Notes: generated from the sequence alone by a model not told the origin. Shown: positions 9,799-20,716, numbered from the stretch's first letter. The stretch: DNA of 64,000 nt from an uncultured Clostridia bacterium (GCA_904399395.1 CAJFPJ010000047.1:14323-78322), one strand, 5' to 3'. Numbers and translations are program-made.

Positions 9799-10944
9799 AT
9801 GCCTGGATTATACCTGCATGTTCCCTTCTGCGACGGTAAATGCCCCTATTGTGATTTTTATTCCATGGCGGGGAACGAGGCTTTGAAGGAGGAATACACC
9901 CGCCGTCTGGAGGAGCTTCTTCCCCGATGGGCGGAAAAACTGCGGGAAAAGGGATCCGGCTTCCGGGCGGATACCCTGTATTTCGGGGGCGGCACTCCGA
10001 ACCTTCTGGGAGCTTCCCGGATTGCCCGCCTTGTGAGGGCCGCCCGGCAGAATTTTGGCCTGAAAAATGGGGAAATCACTCTGGAGGCCAACCCCACCTC
10101 CCGGTTGGATGATTTTTTCCGAGAAATCGCGCATGCAGGGGTGAACCGGCTTTCTCTGGGCCTGCAATCCGCTCATGAAGAGGAGTTGAAGCTTCTGGGA
10201 AGGCGGCACACGGCCCGGCAGGCCGCGGAAGCTGTAAAGGCAGCCAGGAAGGCGGGGTTTCGGAATATCTCCCTGGATCTGATGATGGCGCTTCCGGGCC
10301 AGACCTGGGAAAAACTTCGGGAAAGCATCCGGTTCTGCGCCTCTCTGGGAGTGGAACACATTTCCGCCTATCTTTTAAAAATAGAGCCGGGGACGCCTTT
10401 CTGGGGCCGCAAGGACAATCTGGAACTCCCCGGAGAGGAAGAAACCTGCACGTTATATCTTTCCGCCTGTGAGGAGCTGGAAAGGCTGGGCTACCGGCAG
10501 TATGAGATCTCCAATTTTGCCAAACCCGGCTTTGAGGGGCGCCACAACCTGCAGTATTGGCGATGCGACGAATATCTGGGCCTGGGGCCGGCGGCCCATT
10601 CCTTTGTTATGGGAAAGCGGTTCTTTTATCCCCGGGATTTACAGGCTTTTCTGGCGGGGAATGAGCCCCGGCCGGATGGGGAAGGGGGATCGCCCGAAGA
10701 ATTCTGCATGCTGGCCCTGCGCCTCAGGGAGGGCCTTTCGGAAGAGTCCTTTTCCGCCCGGTATGCGGGAAAAGCTTCCTTACCGGAGGAGTTTTGGCGG
10801 GAAGCCTCCCTTCTGGAAAAAGGCGGGTTGTGCCGTGTGGAGGGAGAACGGGGGAAGAGGCGGCTTTCGCTGACGCCCCAAGGGTTTCTTGTCTCCAACT
10901 CCGTTATTTTGGAACTTGTGGAACGGATATGTGAAGGAATATAA
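9799..10944 (+). CDS. hemW: Radical SAM family heme chaperone HemW (HemN-like, oxygen-independent coproporphyrinogen oxidase family)
   Basis: LYLHVPFCDGKCPYCDF contains the CxxxCxxC motif. RBS ggaaaggag lies before ATG 9799. Position after lepA matches B. subtilis. Confidence 0.9.
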   Translation: MPGLYLHVPFCDGKCPYCDFYSMAGNEALKEEYTRRLEELLPRWAEKLREKGSGFRADTLYFGGGTPNLLGASRIARLVRAARQNFGLKNGEITLEANPTSRLDDFFREIAHAGVNRLSLGLQSAHEEELKLLGRRHTARQAAEAVKAARKAGFRNISLDLMMALPGQTWEKLRESIRFCASLGVEHISAYLLKIEPGTPFWGRKDNLELPGEEETCTLYLSACEELERLGYRQYEISNFAKPGFEGRHNLQYWRCDEYLGLGPAAHSFVMGKRFFYPRDLQAFLAGNEPRPDGEGGSPEEFCMLALRLREGLSEESFSARYAGKASLPEEFWREASLLEKGGLCRVEGERGKRRLSLTPQGFLVSNSVILELVERICEGI

Positions 10945-11132
10945 AGCATCCCCCGACCGATCCTGGCCGGGGATATTTTTAGCCGAGAAAGGTTTTATTT
11001 TTTCACATATAAACCAATTGCATGTAAATAGATAACAATATATACTATAAATGTATAAAACGCATAAAACTTAGGATGTGTGAAAACTGGTAACGAGTAT
11101 CGTTCACGGATGAGCTGAAAAGGAGGGTGGAT

Positions 11133-11729
11133 ATGAAAAAACGGATTTCTGCAGTATGTGCAGGGCTGATGCTGTGCGCGGCCATGTTTACCGGCTGTTC
11201 TCAGACTTCTGCCGAGGAAGGCGTCCCTTCCTTTGATACACCAAGCGGGGTGAAGGTGCAAAATATCTCTGCAAGCTGGCACAAATCCTATAATTCCATA
11301 GAGGCGTTGGCGGCGGACAGCGATCTGATCGCCCTGGTGGAAATTACGGACGAAGAACGGGTGGAACAACACGAATCTTTATATTTCACCATTTCTACGG
11401 CGAATGTGCTGGAAACGGTGTATTCCACAGAGGATGTGGAAACGGTGGAGATCTATCAGACAGGCCGTAGGACGGATACGGAACTGATCCAGATCGCCGA
11501 GGATCCCCTGATGAACGAAGGGGAAAAATGGTTCATTTTTGCCCGCAGAAATGAAGACGGCACATACACCATTCTGGGCCCCTTCGGCCGTTTTGCCTAC
11601 GGCGGGGAGGGGAAGCCCTTCACCTGGCTCCCGGATATCACCATGGAGGGGACTTTAGAGAGCGAAGAGCTCAGCGGCGGCGTTGTGCTGGATAGCCTGC
11701 AGGCGAAGGCTGCAGCTGCGGTTGAATAA
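11133..11729 (+). CDS. Hypothetical lipoprotein
   Basis: MKKRISAVCAGLMLCAAMFTGC has a lipobox. RBS aggagg lies at 11121-11126. Confidence 0.7.
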   Translation: MKKRISAVCAGLMLCAAMFTGCSQTSAEEGVPSFDTPSGVKVQNISASWHKSYNSIEALAADSDLIALVEITDEERVEQHESLYFTISTANVLETVYSTEDVETVEIYQTGRRTDTELIQIAEDPLMNEGEKWFIFARRNEDGTYTILGPFGRFAYGGEGKPFTWLPDITMEGTLESEELSGGVVLDSLQAKAAAAVE

Positions 11730-12406
11730 ATCCGGATACTTTACAATACTGTTTGCTGAGCGGCAGGGAAAATCGTATTCCTTTGCCGTTGGCCTTGAAT
11801 GCGGCGAGTGTTTATAGTATACTGTGCATGCTCCCGCTTTGGCTGTTTGGAACCGCTCCGGCTGGGCCGGGGCGGTTTTTGCTTGCACAACCTTTCTTAG
11901 CCGTAAAGGCGGGAATACTGAAAGAAGAAGGGAACGGTGTTTACAGGCTATGGAGCAAAGTGCCTGCGGAACCGTGAGCTTGGGTATCTGATTACTTGTT
12001 GTTTGCATGGCGGATGACCGTAAGCTGGATAAATGGACGGCTCTTTAGGTGAGCGAAATCCTATATCTTATCGTTCTTGCATTATATATCCTATAAAGAA
12101 TTATAATGCCCGAGGTCTTGGATTTTTTGCTGTTTTCCGGTGCAAAACGACAAAAAATCCGCTGCCGCAAATCCTATACTTTATGTGCCCTGGAAGAAGA
12201 TGGAAGGCAATTTAGATTCTTTTTCCGTCTTCCATGAGCGTTGGGCTATATCAGGAGGTTCCCTTTCCTTCTCTTGGAAGAAAGGAATCCTGCTGTTTAT
12301 ATAGAATTACAATCGGCCAAAAGCACTCTATGCACTTGGTTGTATAATATCTGCGGTTCCCGGGAGAAAATTATCCCCGGGAGATGCCATGAAAGGTGGT
12401 ATACAG

Positions 12407-13183
12407 ATGGAAGAAATTTTGCGGGTGGAGAACCTGCGGAAGACCTTTGTTTTATCCAAAAAGCAGCAACGTCTGGAGAAGACGAAGGAAAAAACAAAAA
12501 AAGCAGTGGACGGCATTTCCTTCACAGCTTACAGAGGCGAGGTATTCGGTCTTCTGGGGCCCAATGGAGCCGGAAAGACCACGACGCTGCGCATGCTTGC
12601 TACGCTCATCCGCCCGGATGAAGGGGATGCCCTTATAGAGGGGATCAGCGTCTGTAAGGATCCCGCCGGTGTGCGGGAGAGAATCGGCTTTCTTACCAGT
12701 GAGCTGAAGCTGGAGGAATTTTTTACACCCAATTATCTGTTTGATTTTTTCGCAGAGCTTCACGACGTGGATCCTGAAATAAGGGACCGGCGCAAAAAGG
12801 AGCTGTTTGCCAAATTCGGCATCGATGAATTTGCAGAAGTGAAGGTGGCGAACCTTTCTACCGGTATGAAGCAGAAGGTATCCCTGGTGATTTCTATCGT
12901 TCATGATCCGGATATCATCATTTTCGACGAGCCCACTAACGGCCTGGATGTGCTCACTGCCCGTGTGGTGACGGATTTCCTTCTGGATCTGAAAAACGAA
13001 GGAAAAAGCATTCTTGTTTCCACTCACATTTTCAGTCTGGTGGAAAAAATCTGCGACCGGATCGGCATCATTATCAATGGGAAAATGGTTTTGTGCGATG
13101 CATTGGAAAATGTGACCAGGGGAGAGTCTTTAGAAGACAGATTCTTTGAGATTTATCGGGAAACGGCAGGTGAACTGAAATGA
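12407..13183 (+). CDS. ABC transporter ATP-binding protein (ABC-2/NatA-like)
   Basis: Walker A GPNGAGKTT, signature LSTGMKQK, Walker B IIIFDEP. The stop overlaps the next start (ATGA). Confidence 0.9.
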   Translation: MEEILRVENLRKTFVLSKKQQRLEKTKEKTKKAVDGISFTAYRGEVFGLLGPNGAGKTTTLRMLATLIRPDEGDALIEGISVCKDPAGVRERIGFLTSELKLEEFFTPNYLFDFFAELHDVDPEIRDRRKKELFAKFGIDEFAEVKVANLSTGMKQKVSLVISIVHDPDIIIFDEPTNGLDVLTARVVTDFLLDLKNEGKSILVSTHIFSLVEKICDRIGIIINGKMVLCDALENVTRGESLEDRFFEIYRETAGELK

Positions 13184-14403
13184 GTGACCGCAGAGCAGGA
13201 ACAGGCAGGAAGAAAAAAGGCGGAAATATCTGGGCCGTAGCCAGAAAGGAATTCGCACGGTTTTTCCGGGATCCCAAAATGGTATTTGGCACGCTTCTCC
13301 TTCCGGGCCTGCTGATTTATGTATTGTATTCGATTATGGGCGATGGGATCATGGAGCAGTTTACCGCTGAGGATACGGAGCCGGCGGCAGTGTATGTGGA
13401 AAATGAGCCTGCTTCCCTAAAAGAAGCTCTGGGAGCTCTTTCTTTCCAGATGCTTTCCCAGGAGGGGAAAACAGAGGAAGGGCTGAAAGAGGAGATTCAG
13501 AATAAAGAAGCCGAGCTTTATGTGGTATTCCCGGAGAGCTTCGATGAAAAGATAGCCGCATATGATTCACAGACGGCCTCCGAGCCTGCGCCTAATGTGG
13601 AAATCTATTATAATTCTGCTTCCAATGAATCCAGGGCGGCCTATGAGGCGGTGGCAGCGGTGCTGGATCAGTACGAGAGCCACCTGGCCAATAAATTCGA
13701 TGTGAACAGCGCCCAATCCGGCGGCGTGTATGACCTGGCTACCAAAGAAGACGTAACAGGGCAGATGTTCTCCATGCTGCTGCCCATGCTCATGATGATC
13801 TTCCTTTTCACCGGCTGTATGGCGGTGGCTCCGGAATCTATTGCGGGCGAAAAGGAGAGAGGCACCATCGCCACTTTGCTGGTAACGCCTATCAAGCGCA
13901 GCGAGTTGGCTATCGGCAAGGTGTTGAGCCTGAGCGTGATCTCCCTTTTAAGCGGCGTTTCCAGTTTTCTGGGCACGATGCTTTCCCTGCCCAAGCTCAT
14001 GGGTTCCGCTTCCGGAATGGACGCCTCTGTCTATCAGATCTCTGACTATCTGTTACTGCTGGCGGTGATCCTGGTGAGCGTGCTTATCATCGTATCTCTG
14101 ATTTCCATCATCTCCGCCTATTCCAGAAGTGTAAAAGAGGCCAATACCGCCGTCGTTCCCCTTATGGTGGTGGTTATGTTTATCGGGATCACGTCCATGT
14201 TCGGCACAGGCGCTCCGGAAAACCCGGCTCTTTACTGCATTCCGCTTTATAACAGCGTGCAAAGCATGAACGGGATTTTCTCCTTCCACTATAATCCGAT
14301 GAATATCGGCATTACCCTTGTTAGCAATTTGGTGTGGACAGTGCTTCTCATCTATGTAATCACCCGCATGTTCAACAGCGAAAAAATTATGTTTTCAAAA
14401 TAA
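13180..14403 (+). CDS. ABC-2 type permease (NatB-like, large extracytoplasmic loop)
   Basis: One TM, a loop of about 150 aa, then 5 TMs. Translationally coupled to the ATPase. Confidence 0.8.
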   Translation: MSDRRAGTGRKKKGGNIWAVARKEFARFFRDPKMVFGTLLLPGLLIYVLYSIMGDGIMEQFTAEDTEPAAVYVENEPASLKEALGALSFQMLSQEGKTEEGLKEEIQNKEAELYVVFPESFDEKIAAYDSQTASEPAPNVEIYYNSASNESRAAYEAVAAVLDQYESHLANKFDVNSAQSGGVYDLATKEDVTGQMFSMLLPMLMMIFLFTGCMAVAPESIAGEKERGTIATLLVTPIKRSELAIGKVLSLSVISLLSGVSSFLGTMLSLPKLMGSASGMDASVYQISDYLLLLAVILVSVLIIVSLISIISAYSRSVKEANTAVVPLMVVVMFIGITSMFGTGAPENPALYCIPLYNSVQSMNGIFSFHYNPMNIGITLVSNLVWTVLLIYVITRMFNSEKIMFSK

Positions 14404-14569
14404 TAAATCTTTTAACAGTAAACAGATCTTCTCTTTCGGGAAGGTCTGTTTTTTCTTTCATATGCATGATTTAGGAGCTTTTTCGCAAAATATCCTGTGA
14501 AGGGCCGGATTTGGAGTTGCCTTTTATAGGAAATTTTTTGGATTTCACAATTAGTTTACAAATAAATGA

Positions 14570-14598
14570 TTGACAAAATCCTTCGGGGATGGTACATT
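14570..14598 (+). promoter_or_regulatory. SigA-type promoter of the hrcA-grpE-dnaK-dnaJ operon (TTGACA-N17-TACATT)
   Basis: TTGACA at 14570-14575, a 17-nt spacer, then TACATT at 14593-14598. CIRCE follows directly. Confidence 0.55.
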
Positions 14599-14609
14599 TA
14601 TAACTAGAG

Positions 14610-14636
14610 TTAGCACTCTAAAAGAAAGAGTGCTAA
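14610..14636 (+). promoter_or_regulatory. CIRCE operator (HrcA binding site), perfect TTAGCACTC-N9-GAGTGCTAA
   Basis: Exact match to the CIRCE consensus, read directly, immediately upstream of hrcA. Confidence 0.95.
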
Positions 14637-14656
14637 AGCGAAAGAAGGTGAACGGT

Positions 14657-15685
14657 TTGGAGCTAAGCGAACGAAAGCGAAAAATTTTACGGGCGGTTGT
14701 GGAGCAATATGTGCAAAGCGGCGTCCCCGTGGGTTCCAAATCTGTTTGCGACCATCTGGATTTTCCTGTTTCTTCCGCAACGGTGCGCAATGAGCTAAGT
14801 GATCTTTCAGAGATGGGGCTTTTGGATCAGCCCCATACCTCCGCAGGCAGGGTTCCCTCTCACAGGGGATACAGGCTATATGTGGATCAGCTTATGAAGC
14901 CCAAGGCTTTGGGAACGGAAGAGCGCCGGATTATCGATAGCCTCCTTCTTTCCAGCGCCTATGATCCAGAAAAGCTCCTAAGTGGCGTTTCTCGGGCGCT
15001 CTCCGCTTTAACCCGCTGCGCGGCGGTTTCTACCACCCCAGGGGGCGGGGATGCAGCCATCCGAGCTGTGCAGTTTGTGCAGACTAGCCGGAGAACGGCC
15101 ATGGTGGTGCTGATTACTTCAGCGGGAACCATGAAAACCAGGATATTCCATTGTGAATTCGATATAACGCCCGAAATTCTCCGGGTGTTTTTCCGAACGA
15201 TCAATGAAAAACTGGTGGGGCGGTCTCTTTCAGAGATTACTCCCGCATTTATTCAGGGGCTGGCCGCTTCTCTGGGAGAAATGGCGATCCTGATGAGTTC
15301 CGCTTTGATGGCGGTGCTGGATGTGGCCAGGGAATCCATGGAGGCAGATGTGTGCCTGAGCGGCGAAATGAACCTGATGCTGACGCCGGAATATGAGATA
15401 AGCGGTGTGCGCCGGATTTTGGATTTTCTCAGCCGGCCGGAGGAGCTCACAAGGCTTCTTCTGGAATCCCCCGGAACAAGGGTGTTAATCGGGAGAGAGT
15501 CCCGCAGGCCGGAGCTTTACGGAACGGCAGTGGTGGTTTCCCGGTATTCCATTGCCGGAAGGGATGCAGGCGCTATCGCCGTGATAGGGCCGATGCGGAT
15601 GAATTACCCAAGGGTTCTTGCCAGCGTAGGATATATGGCGGATTCTGTAGGCAGGATGCTCACAGAGCTTCTCAATGCCGAATAG
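14657..15685 (+). CDS. hrcA: Heat-inducible transcription repressor HrcA
   Basis: ELSERKRKILRAVVEQYVQSGVPVGSK is the HrcA wHTH. The start is probably TTG 14657 (RBS gaaggtg) or GTG 14648. The ORF-track start at 14570 would overlap the promoter and CIRCE. Confidence 0.9.
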   Translation: MELSERKRKILRAVVEQYVQSGVPVGSKSVCDHLDFPVSSATVRNELSDLSEMGLLDQPHTSAGRVPSHRGYRLYVDQLMKPKALGTEERRIIDSLLLSSAYDPEKLLSGVSRALSALTRCAAVSTTPGGGDAAIRAVQFVQTSRRTAMVVLITSAGTMKTRIFHCEFDITPEILRVFFRTINEKLVGRSLSEITPAFIQGLAASLGEMAILMSSALMAVLDVARESMEADVCLSGEMNLMLTPEYEISGVRRILDFLSRPEELTRLLLESPGTRVLIGRESRRPELYGTAVVVSRYSIAGRDAGAIAVIGPMRMNYPRVLASVGYMADSVGRMLTELLNAE

Positions 15686-15730
15686 GATCGGCGTCTGATA
15701 GATCGGATAGAATAGAAAGGGGATAGAAGC

Positions 15731-16333
15731 GTGGCTATGGAGAACACGTCGCCTGAAGAGCAGGCGGTTCAGCAGGCGGAGGAGGTTGCCGGAAATAAGC
15801 CGGAGGAAGAAGCCTCTCAGCCGGAAAAAGAAAGCGCGAACTCCAAAAAGAAAATCTTTTCCAAAGGATCTAAAAAAGAAGAGGAGTTGGAAAAGAAGAT
15901 TCATGAATTGGAAGAGGCGCTTTCCAAGCAGAAGGACCAGTTCCTGCGGACAGCGGCAGAATACGACAACTATCGCAAGCGCAGCGAGCGGGAAAAAGCG
16001 GCCGTATATGCGGATGCAACGGCGGCGGCCATTCTGGAGATTCTCCCGGTGGAGGATAATCTGGAGAGAGCCCTGGCCCAGAAGGAATGCTCGGTGGAAG
16101 ATCTCCGCAAGGGGGTAGAGATGGTGCAGGCACAGATGAAGTCCTGCCTGGAAAAACTGGGTGTTTCTGAAATGGGGGCAGAAGGCGAATCCTTTGACCC
16201 GGCTATTCACAACGCAGTAATGCACATAGAGGATGAAAATCTGGGAGAGAATGTGATTGTGCAGGTGCTTCAGAAGGGATATAAGATCGGCGAGAAGGTT
16301 GTCCGCCATGCCATGGTGCAGGTGGCCAATTAG
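15731..16333 (+). CDS. grpE: Nucleotide exchange factor GrpE
   Basis: RTAAEYDNYRKRSEREK and VLQKGYKIGEKVVRHAMV are GrpE motifs. Confidence 0.95.
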   Translation: MAMENTSPEEQAVQQAEEVAGNKPEEEASQPEKESANSKKKIFSKGSKKEEELEKKIHELEEALSKQKDQFLRTAAEYDNYRKRSEREKAAVYADATAAAILEILPVEDNLERALAQKECSVEDLRKGVEMVQAQMKSCLEKLGVSEMGAEGESFDPAIHNAVMHIEDENLGENVIVQVLQKGYKIGEKVVRHAMVQVAN

Positions 16334-16489
16334 AGAGACCTATTGCATAGGGCATTCCCCGCAGAGAGCGGTTTTCATATAGGCCGAGCGGATTTTTACC
16401 GCCTGCAGGCCGCAGAACAGATAGCAAGAAATCAAATGAAAACAACAACTAACAGCCTAAGGGCAGATAGTGTTTGGAGGTAATGAAGT

Positions 16490-18331
16490 ATGGCAAAGAC
16501 AATTGGTATCGATCTCGGTACAACAAACTCTTGTGTGGCAGTTATCGAGGGCGGCGAGCCCGTAGTTATCGCCAATGCAGAGGGCGCTCGCACGACCCCG
16601 TCTGTTGTAGCGTTTTCCAAAACGGGAGAGCGCATGGTGGGCCAGGTGGCAAAGCGCCAGGCAATCACCAATCCTGAGCGCACGATCTCTTCCATTAAGA
16701 GAGAGATGGGCAGCGATTATAAGGTGACTATCGACGGCAAATCCTATACACCGCAGGAAATTTCCGCTATGATCCTGCAGAAGCTGAAAGCGGATGCAGA
16801 GGCCTATCTGGGCGAGACGGTTTCTTCCGCTGTTATCACTGTTCCTGCATACTTCACCGACGCCCAGCGCCAGGCTACAAAGGATGCCGGTAAGATCGCA
16901 GGGCTGGACGTTAAGAGAATCATCAACGAACCTACGGCAGCGGCTCTTTCTTACGGCATCGACAAGGGCGAAGACCAGAAGGTCATGGTGTATGACCTGG
17001 GCGGCGGCACCTTCGATGTTTCCATTATCGAGATGGGCGACGGCGTGCAGGAGGTTCTGGCAACAGCCGGCAACAACCGTCTGGGCGGCGACGACTTTGA
17101 TAAGCGCGTGATGGACTGGATGGTTTCCTCCTTCAAGAGCGAGACCGGTATCGACCTTTCCGGCGACAAAATGGCTATGCAGCGTCTGAAGGAAGCCGCT
17201 GAAAAGGCGAAGATTGAGCTTTCCGGCATGACTTCCGCTTCGATCAACCTGCCCTTCATTACGGCGGACGCCACCGGCCCGAAGCATTTGGATATGACCC
17301 TTTCCAGAGCAAAGTTCAATGAGCTTACCGCCGACCTGGTGGAAAAAACCATGGGCCCTGTGCGTCAGGCTCTTTCGGATTCCGGCCTGCAGATTTCCCA
17401 GATCAGCAAGGTGCTGATGGTGGGTGGTTCCTCCCGTATCCCTGCCGTGCAGGAAGCGGTGAAGAATTTCATTGGCAAGGAACCCTTTAAGGGAATTAAC
17501 CCCGATGAGTGCGTGGCTATCGGCGCTGCTATCCAGGCAGGTGTTCTGGGCGGCGAGGTGGAAGGCCTTCTGCTTCTGGATGTTACGCCTCTTTCTCTCG
17601 GCGTTGAGACCATGGGCGGCGTAATGACTAAGGTTATCGAGCGCAACACCACTATCCCCACCAAGAAGAGCCAGATCTTCTCCACTGCTGCTGACGGCCA
17701 GACCCAGGTAGAAGTAAATGTTCTGCAGGGTGAAAGAGAGTTTGCTAAGGATAATAAGCAGCTGGGTCTCTTTAAGCTGGACGGCATTGCTCCCGCTCCC
17801 CGCGGAATTCCCCAGATTGAAGTTACCTTTGATATTGATGCCAATGGTATCGTAAACGTATCCGCTAAGGATCTGGGAACCGGCAAAGAGCAGCATATCA
17901 CCATTTCTTCCAGCTCCAATATGAGCAAAGAGGATATTGACAAGGCTGTTAAGGACGCCGAGCGGTATGCAGCAGAAGATAAGAAGCGCCGTGAAGAAGT
18001 GGATACCAAGAACGAGGCGGAGAATGCCTGCTATGCAGCAGAAAAACTCCTGAAGGAAAACGGCGACAAGCTGGATGCGGCGGATAAATCCGACGTAGAA
18101 AGCAAGGTGGCAGCTCTGAAGGAAGCGGTCAATAAGGGAGATACAGCTCTGATGAAGACCGGCATGGAGGAACTCCAGAAAGCTCTCTACGCAGCTTCTG
18201 AAAAGCTCTATAAAAACGCAGCACCTCAGGATGGCCAGGCGCCTCAGGGCGGGCAGCCGGGTGCAGGCCAGGCCCCCAACGGCGGCAATGTGTATGACGC
18301 CGAGTATAAGGACGTGGACGACAACAAATAA
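16490..18331 (+). CDS. dnaK: Molecular chaperone DnaK (Hsp70)
   Basis: [23 protein letters not shown] and the full Hsp70 architecture are present. Confidence 0.98.
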   Translation: MAKTIGIDLGTTNSCVAVIEGGEPVVIANAEGARTTPSVVAFSKTGERMVGQVAKRQAITNPERTISSIKREMGSDYKVTIDGKSYTPQEISAMILQKLKADAEAYLGETVSSAVITVPAYFTDAQRQATKDAGKIAGLDVKRIINEPTAAALSYGIDKGEDQKVMVYDLGGGTFDVSIIEMGDGVQEVLATAGNNRLGGDDFDKRVMDWMVSSFKSETGIDLSGDKMAMQRLKEAAEKAKIELSGMTSASINLPFITADATGPKHLDMTLSRAKFNELTADLVEKTMGPVRQALSDSGLQISQISKVLMVGGSSRIPAVQEAVKNFIGKEPFKGINPDECVAIGAAIQAGVLGGEVEGLLLLDVTPLSLGVETMGGVMTKVIERNTTIPTKKSQIFSTAADGQTQVEVNVLQGEREFAKDNKQLGLFKLDGIAPAPRGIPQIEVTFDIDANGIVNVSAKDLGTGKEQHITISSSSNMSKEDIDKAVKDAERYAAEDKKRREEVDTKNEAENACYAAEKLLKENGDKLDAADKSDVESKVAALKEAVNKGDTALMKTGMEELQKALYAASEKLYKNAAPQDGQAPQGGQPGAGQAPNGGNVYDAEYKDVDDNK

Positions 18332-18651
18332 TCGCCTGCCTCTCAGGCCCGGCGTGCAAAATCGTGGGGAAGCTTGCATTTTCCCGGCGGTTGTGTGATA
18401 ATAAAAAACGCTTTGTAAGGCAGCCAGGCAGAACTTTTACCGGCTGCCTTGCTTGCGTGATTGCGCGGCTGTGTGGCTGTTAGCAGCTAAACGGAGCTGT
18501 GCATTTCCGGGCGGGGAGAAGGTTTTAGAAGGCTCCTTGCTCTGGTTTTCATGACATACATGGCCGGAAGGCAGGCCAGCTCGACGAAGGTAGATCGGGC
18601 AAACGAGATATAGGGCGGATAGACATCGCCCTGGTATAGGAGTGGTTTGGT

Positions 18652-19806
18652 TTGGCGGAGAAAAGAGATTATTATGAGGTGATGGGGGTTCCCAAGAACG
18701 CCTCTGAGGATGAAATCAAAAAAGCCTACCGCAAATTGGCGAAAAAGTATCATCCCGATCTAAACCCAGGGGATAAAGCGGCGGAAGAAAAATTCAAAGA
18801 ACTGAATGAGGCCTATGAGGTCCTTTCAGATAAGGATAAAAAAGCTCGTTACGATCAGTTTGGTCACGCAGGTGTGGATCCTAATTTCGGTGGCGGCCCG
18901 GCGGGGGGGAGCCCCTTCACGGGAGGCATCGATCTGGGCGATATTTTCGACAGCTTTTTTGGGGGCTTTGGCGGCGGCACTCGCAGGCAAAACCCCAATG
19001 CGCCCAGAAGGGGCTCTGATACGGAAGCCGTTGTGAATATTTCTTTTGAAGAGGCGGCTAAGGGCTGCAAGAAGACGGTCTCCTTCGGAAAGGTAGATAC
19101 CTGCAAGGAATGCGGCGGTTCCGGCGCAGAGAAAGGAACCAGCGCCAAGACCTGCCCCCAGTGTGGCGGCAGCGGCCGGGTGAATGTGAGCCAGAGAACG
19201 CCCTTCGGCGTTGTTCAGACCAGCCGGGGCTGTGATCGCTGCGGCGGCAGCGGAAAAGTGATTGAGCACCCCTGCAAGACCTGTGGCGGAACAGGCCGGG
19301 TTCGCAGGCAGAAGACCATTGAGGTGAACATCCCTGCTGGCATCGACAACGATCAGGTTCTGAATGTGCGGGGCCAGGGAAATGCTGGGCAGAACGGCGG
19401 CCCTGCGGGAGATCTTCAGGTCTATGTGAATGTAAGGCCTCACCCCATTTTTGAGCGCCGCGGCAATGATGTGTGGTGTGAAATGCCCATTACCTTCAGT
19501 CAGGCCGCCTTGGGGGCGGAGGTTACGGTCCCCACTATTGACGGCAAGGTCAGTTATCAGGTGCGGGAAGGAACCCAGCCCGGCGATGTGTTCAAGCTCA
19601 GAGGGAAGGGCATTCCTTACGTAAATGGCCGCGGCCGGGGGGATCAGTATGTTCAGGTTACAATAGAGGTGCCTAAAAATCTGACCCAGAAACAGAAAGA
19701 TGTTCTGAAGGAATTTGATACCAGCACCAAGGACGACGGCAAGCACTATGCCAAGCGCAAGACATTTTTTGATAAGATCAAAAACATGTTTGGCGAGGAT
19801 AAATGA
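18652..19806 (+). CDS. dnaJ: Molecular chaperone DnaJ
   Basis: J-domain with HPD (KKYHPDLNP), a G/F region and four CxxCxGxG zinc motifs. TTG start preceded by an aggag RBS. Confidence 0.95.
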   Translation: MAEKRDYYEVMGVPKNASEDEIKKAYRKLAKKYHPDLNPGDKAAEEKFKELNEAYEVLSDKDKKARYDQFGHAGVDPNFGGGPAGGSPFTGGIDLGDIFDSFFGGFGGGTRRQNPNAPRRGSDTEAVVNISFEEAAKGCKKTVSFGKVDTCKECGGSGAEKGTSAKTCPQCGGSGRVNVSQRTPFGVVQTSRGCDRCGGSGKVIEHPCKTCGGTGRVRRQKTIEVNIPAGIDNDQVLNVRGQGNAGQNGGPAGDLQVYVNVRPHPIFERRGNDVWCEMPITFSQAALGAEVTVPTIDGKVSYQVREGTQPGDVFKLRGKGIPYVNGRGRGDQYVQVTIEVPKNLTQKQKDVLKEFDTSTKDDGKHYAKRKTFFDKIKNMFGEDK

Positions 19807-19812
19807 TGGAGA

Positions 19813-19843
19813 AAGAAGCGCACAATGCGCTTCTTCTTTTTTT
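19813..19843 (+). terminator. dnaJ operon intrinsic terminator
   Basis: gaagcgc-acaat-gcgcttc followed by T7. Confidence 0.7.
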
Positions 19844-20122
19844 CTGGTTAATTTTGGAGAAATGGAAGCAATTTTGCAAGATACTTCTGGGGGAGTTGTG
19901 CCTAAAAGACCGCATCGTTCTGTGGCGCTGACACCTGTTTTCTGGACAGAAAACCCGGATCATACGTTTAAAAATATAAAAATGAATTGAATAATGGATT
20001 CTATTTTGGGCTTGTCTCGCATAGATTTGTTATATTGCAGTATTACATCTGTGCGGGGCGGGCCTTTTGGTTTTCCTGTTGCCTTGTATACTGCCAATAT
20101 CAAAAGAAGGGTTTGTGGTTAT

Positions 20123-20716
20123 GTGACAGACGAGGCAATATATGAAACACGGGCAACACAAACGGCATGGACCACCCGAATAAAGCAGGGTGCCCGAGAG
20201 ATTCCGTTCGCTGTTGGCGGACTTTTGCAGGCTAGCGGCATTTGCTTAGGTGCATCCCCTAAAAATCGGCAGGAAGCTTTATGGATGCTTTCCTGCCTGG
20301 CGGAAAAAAGCGGGGGGACAGCCAGTGCCGGAGGGTTGTGTACTGCCCTCTGGGAGAGAGAAAAGCTTTGCCCCACCGGAATGGGGGAGGGAATCGCTAT
20401 TCCTCATGCCAGGACAAAGGCGGTGCTGAGACCTTGCATAACGGCGCTTACTGTACCCGGCGGCATGGAATATCCTTCTTTGGATGGGGAGCCTGTTCAC
20501 CTGCTGCTTATGATCGCCACGCCGGAAAAAAGCGAAGAACTGTATATGGATCTTCTGGCCTGGCTTTCAGGTTTGCTGCTGGAGCCGGGCTTTGCCGAAG
20601 CCCTTATGGAGGCGGAAAACGCAGAGACGTTTTGTCATCTATTCCGCCTGGCGGAAGAGCGGCAGCCAGCTCCTATATGGGAATGCCTCCGAAGTCCTGC
20701 ACATGCTATGGCCTGA
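20123..20716 (+). CDS. PTS EIIA type-2 (fructose/mannitol/PtsN-like) domain protein, stand-alone
   Basis: REKLCPTGMGEGIAIPHARTK...VHLLLMIATP is the EIIA-2 pattern, including the phospho-His. The start is uncertain (GTG 20123 or ATG 20285). Confidence 0.7.
   Translation: MTDEAIYETRATQTAWTTRIKQGAREIPFAVGGLLQASGICLGASPKNRQEALWMLSCLAEKSGGTASAGGLCTALWEREKLCPTGMGEGIAIPHARTKAVLRPCITALTVPGGMEYPSLDGEPVHLLLMIATPEKSEELYMDLLAWLSGLLLEPGFAEALMEAENAETFCHLFRLAEERQPAPIWECLRSPAHAMA

Noticed and set aside
16457-18379. 640-aa ORF antisense to dnaK. Similar long antisense ORFs occur at 2846-3874, 32856-34625, 40722-42155, 42787-44157, 44550-45611, 47817-49127, 57218-58546 and 59746-60951.
   Set aside because: Each lies fully opposite a confidently identified conserved gene. 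Their composition is Arg/Gly/His/Pro-rich and unlike real proteins, as expected for stop-poor antisense frames in GC-rich coding DNA.
19994-20122. N-terminal 43 codons of the EIIA ORF.
   Set aside because: These extra residues fall outside the EIIA-2 domain pattern and have no RBS. The real start remains uncertain, so the feature is reported from GTG 20123.
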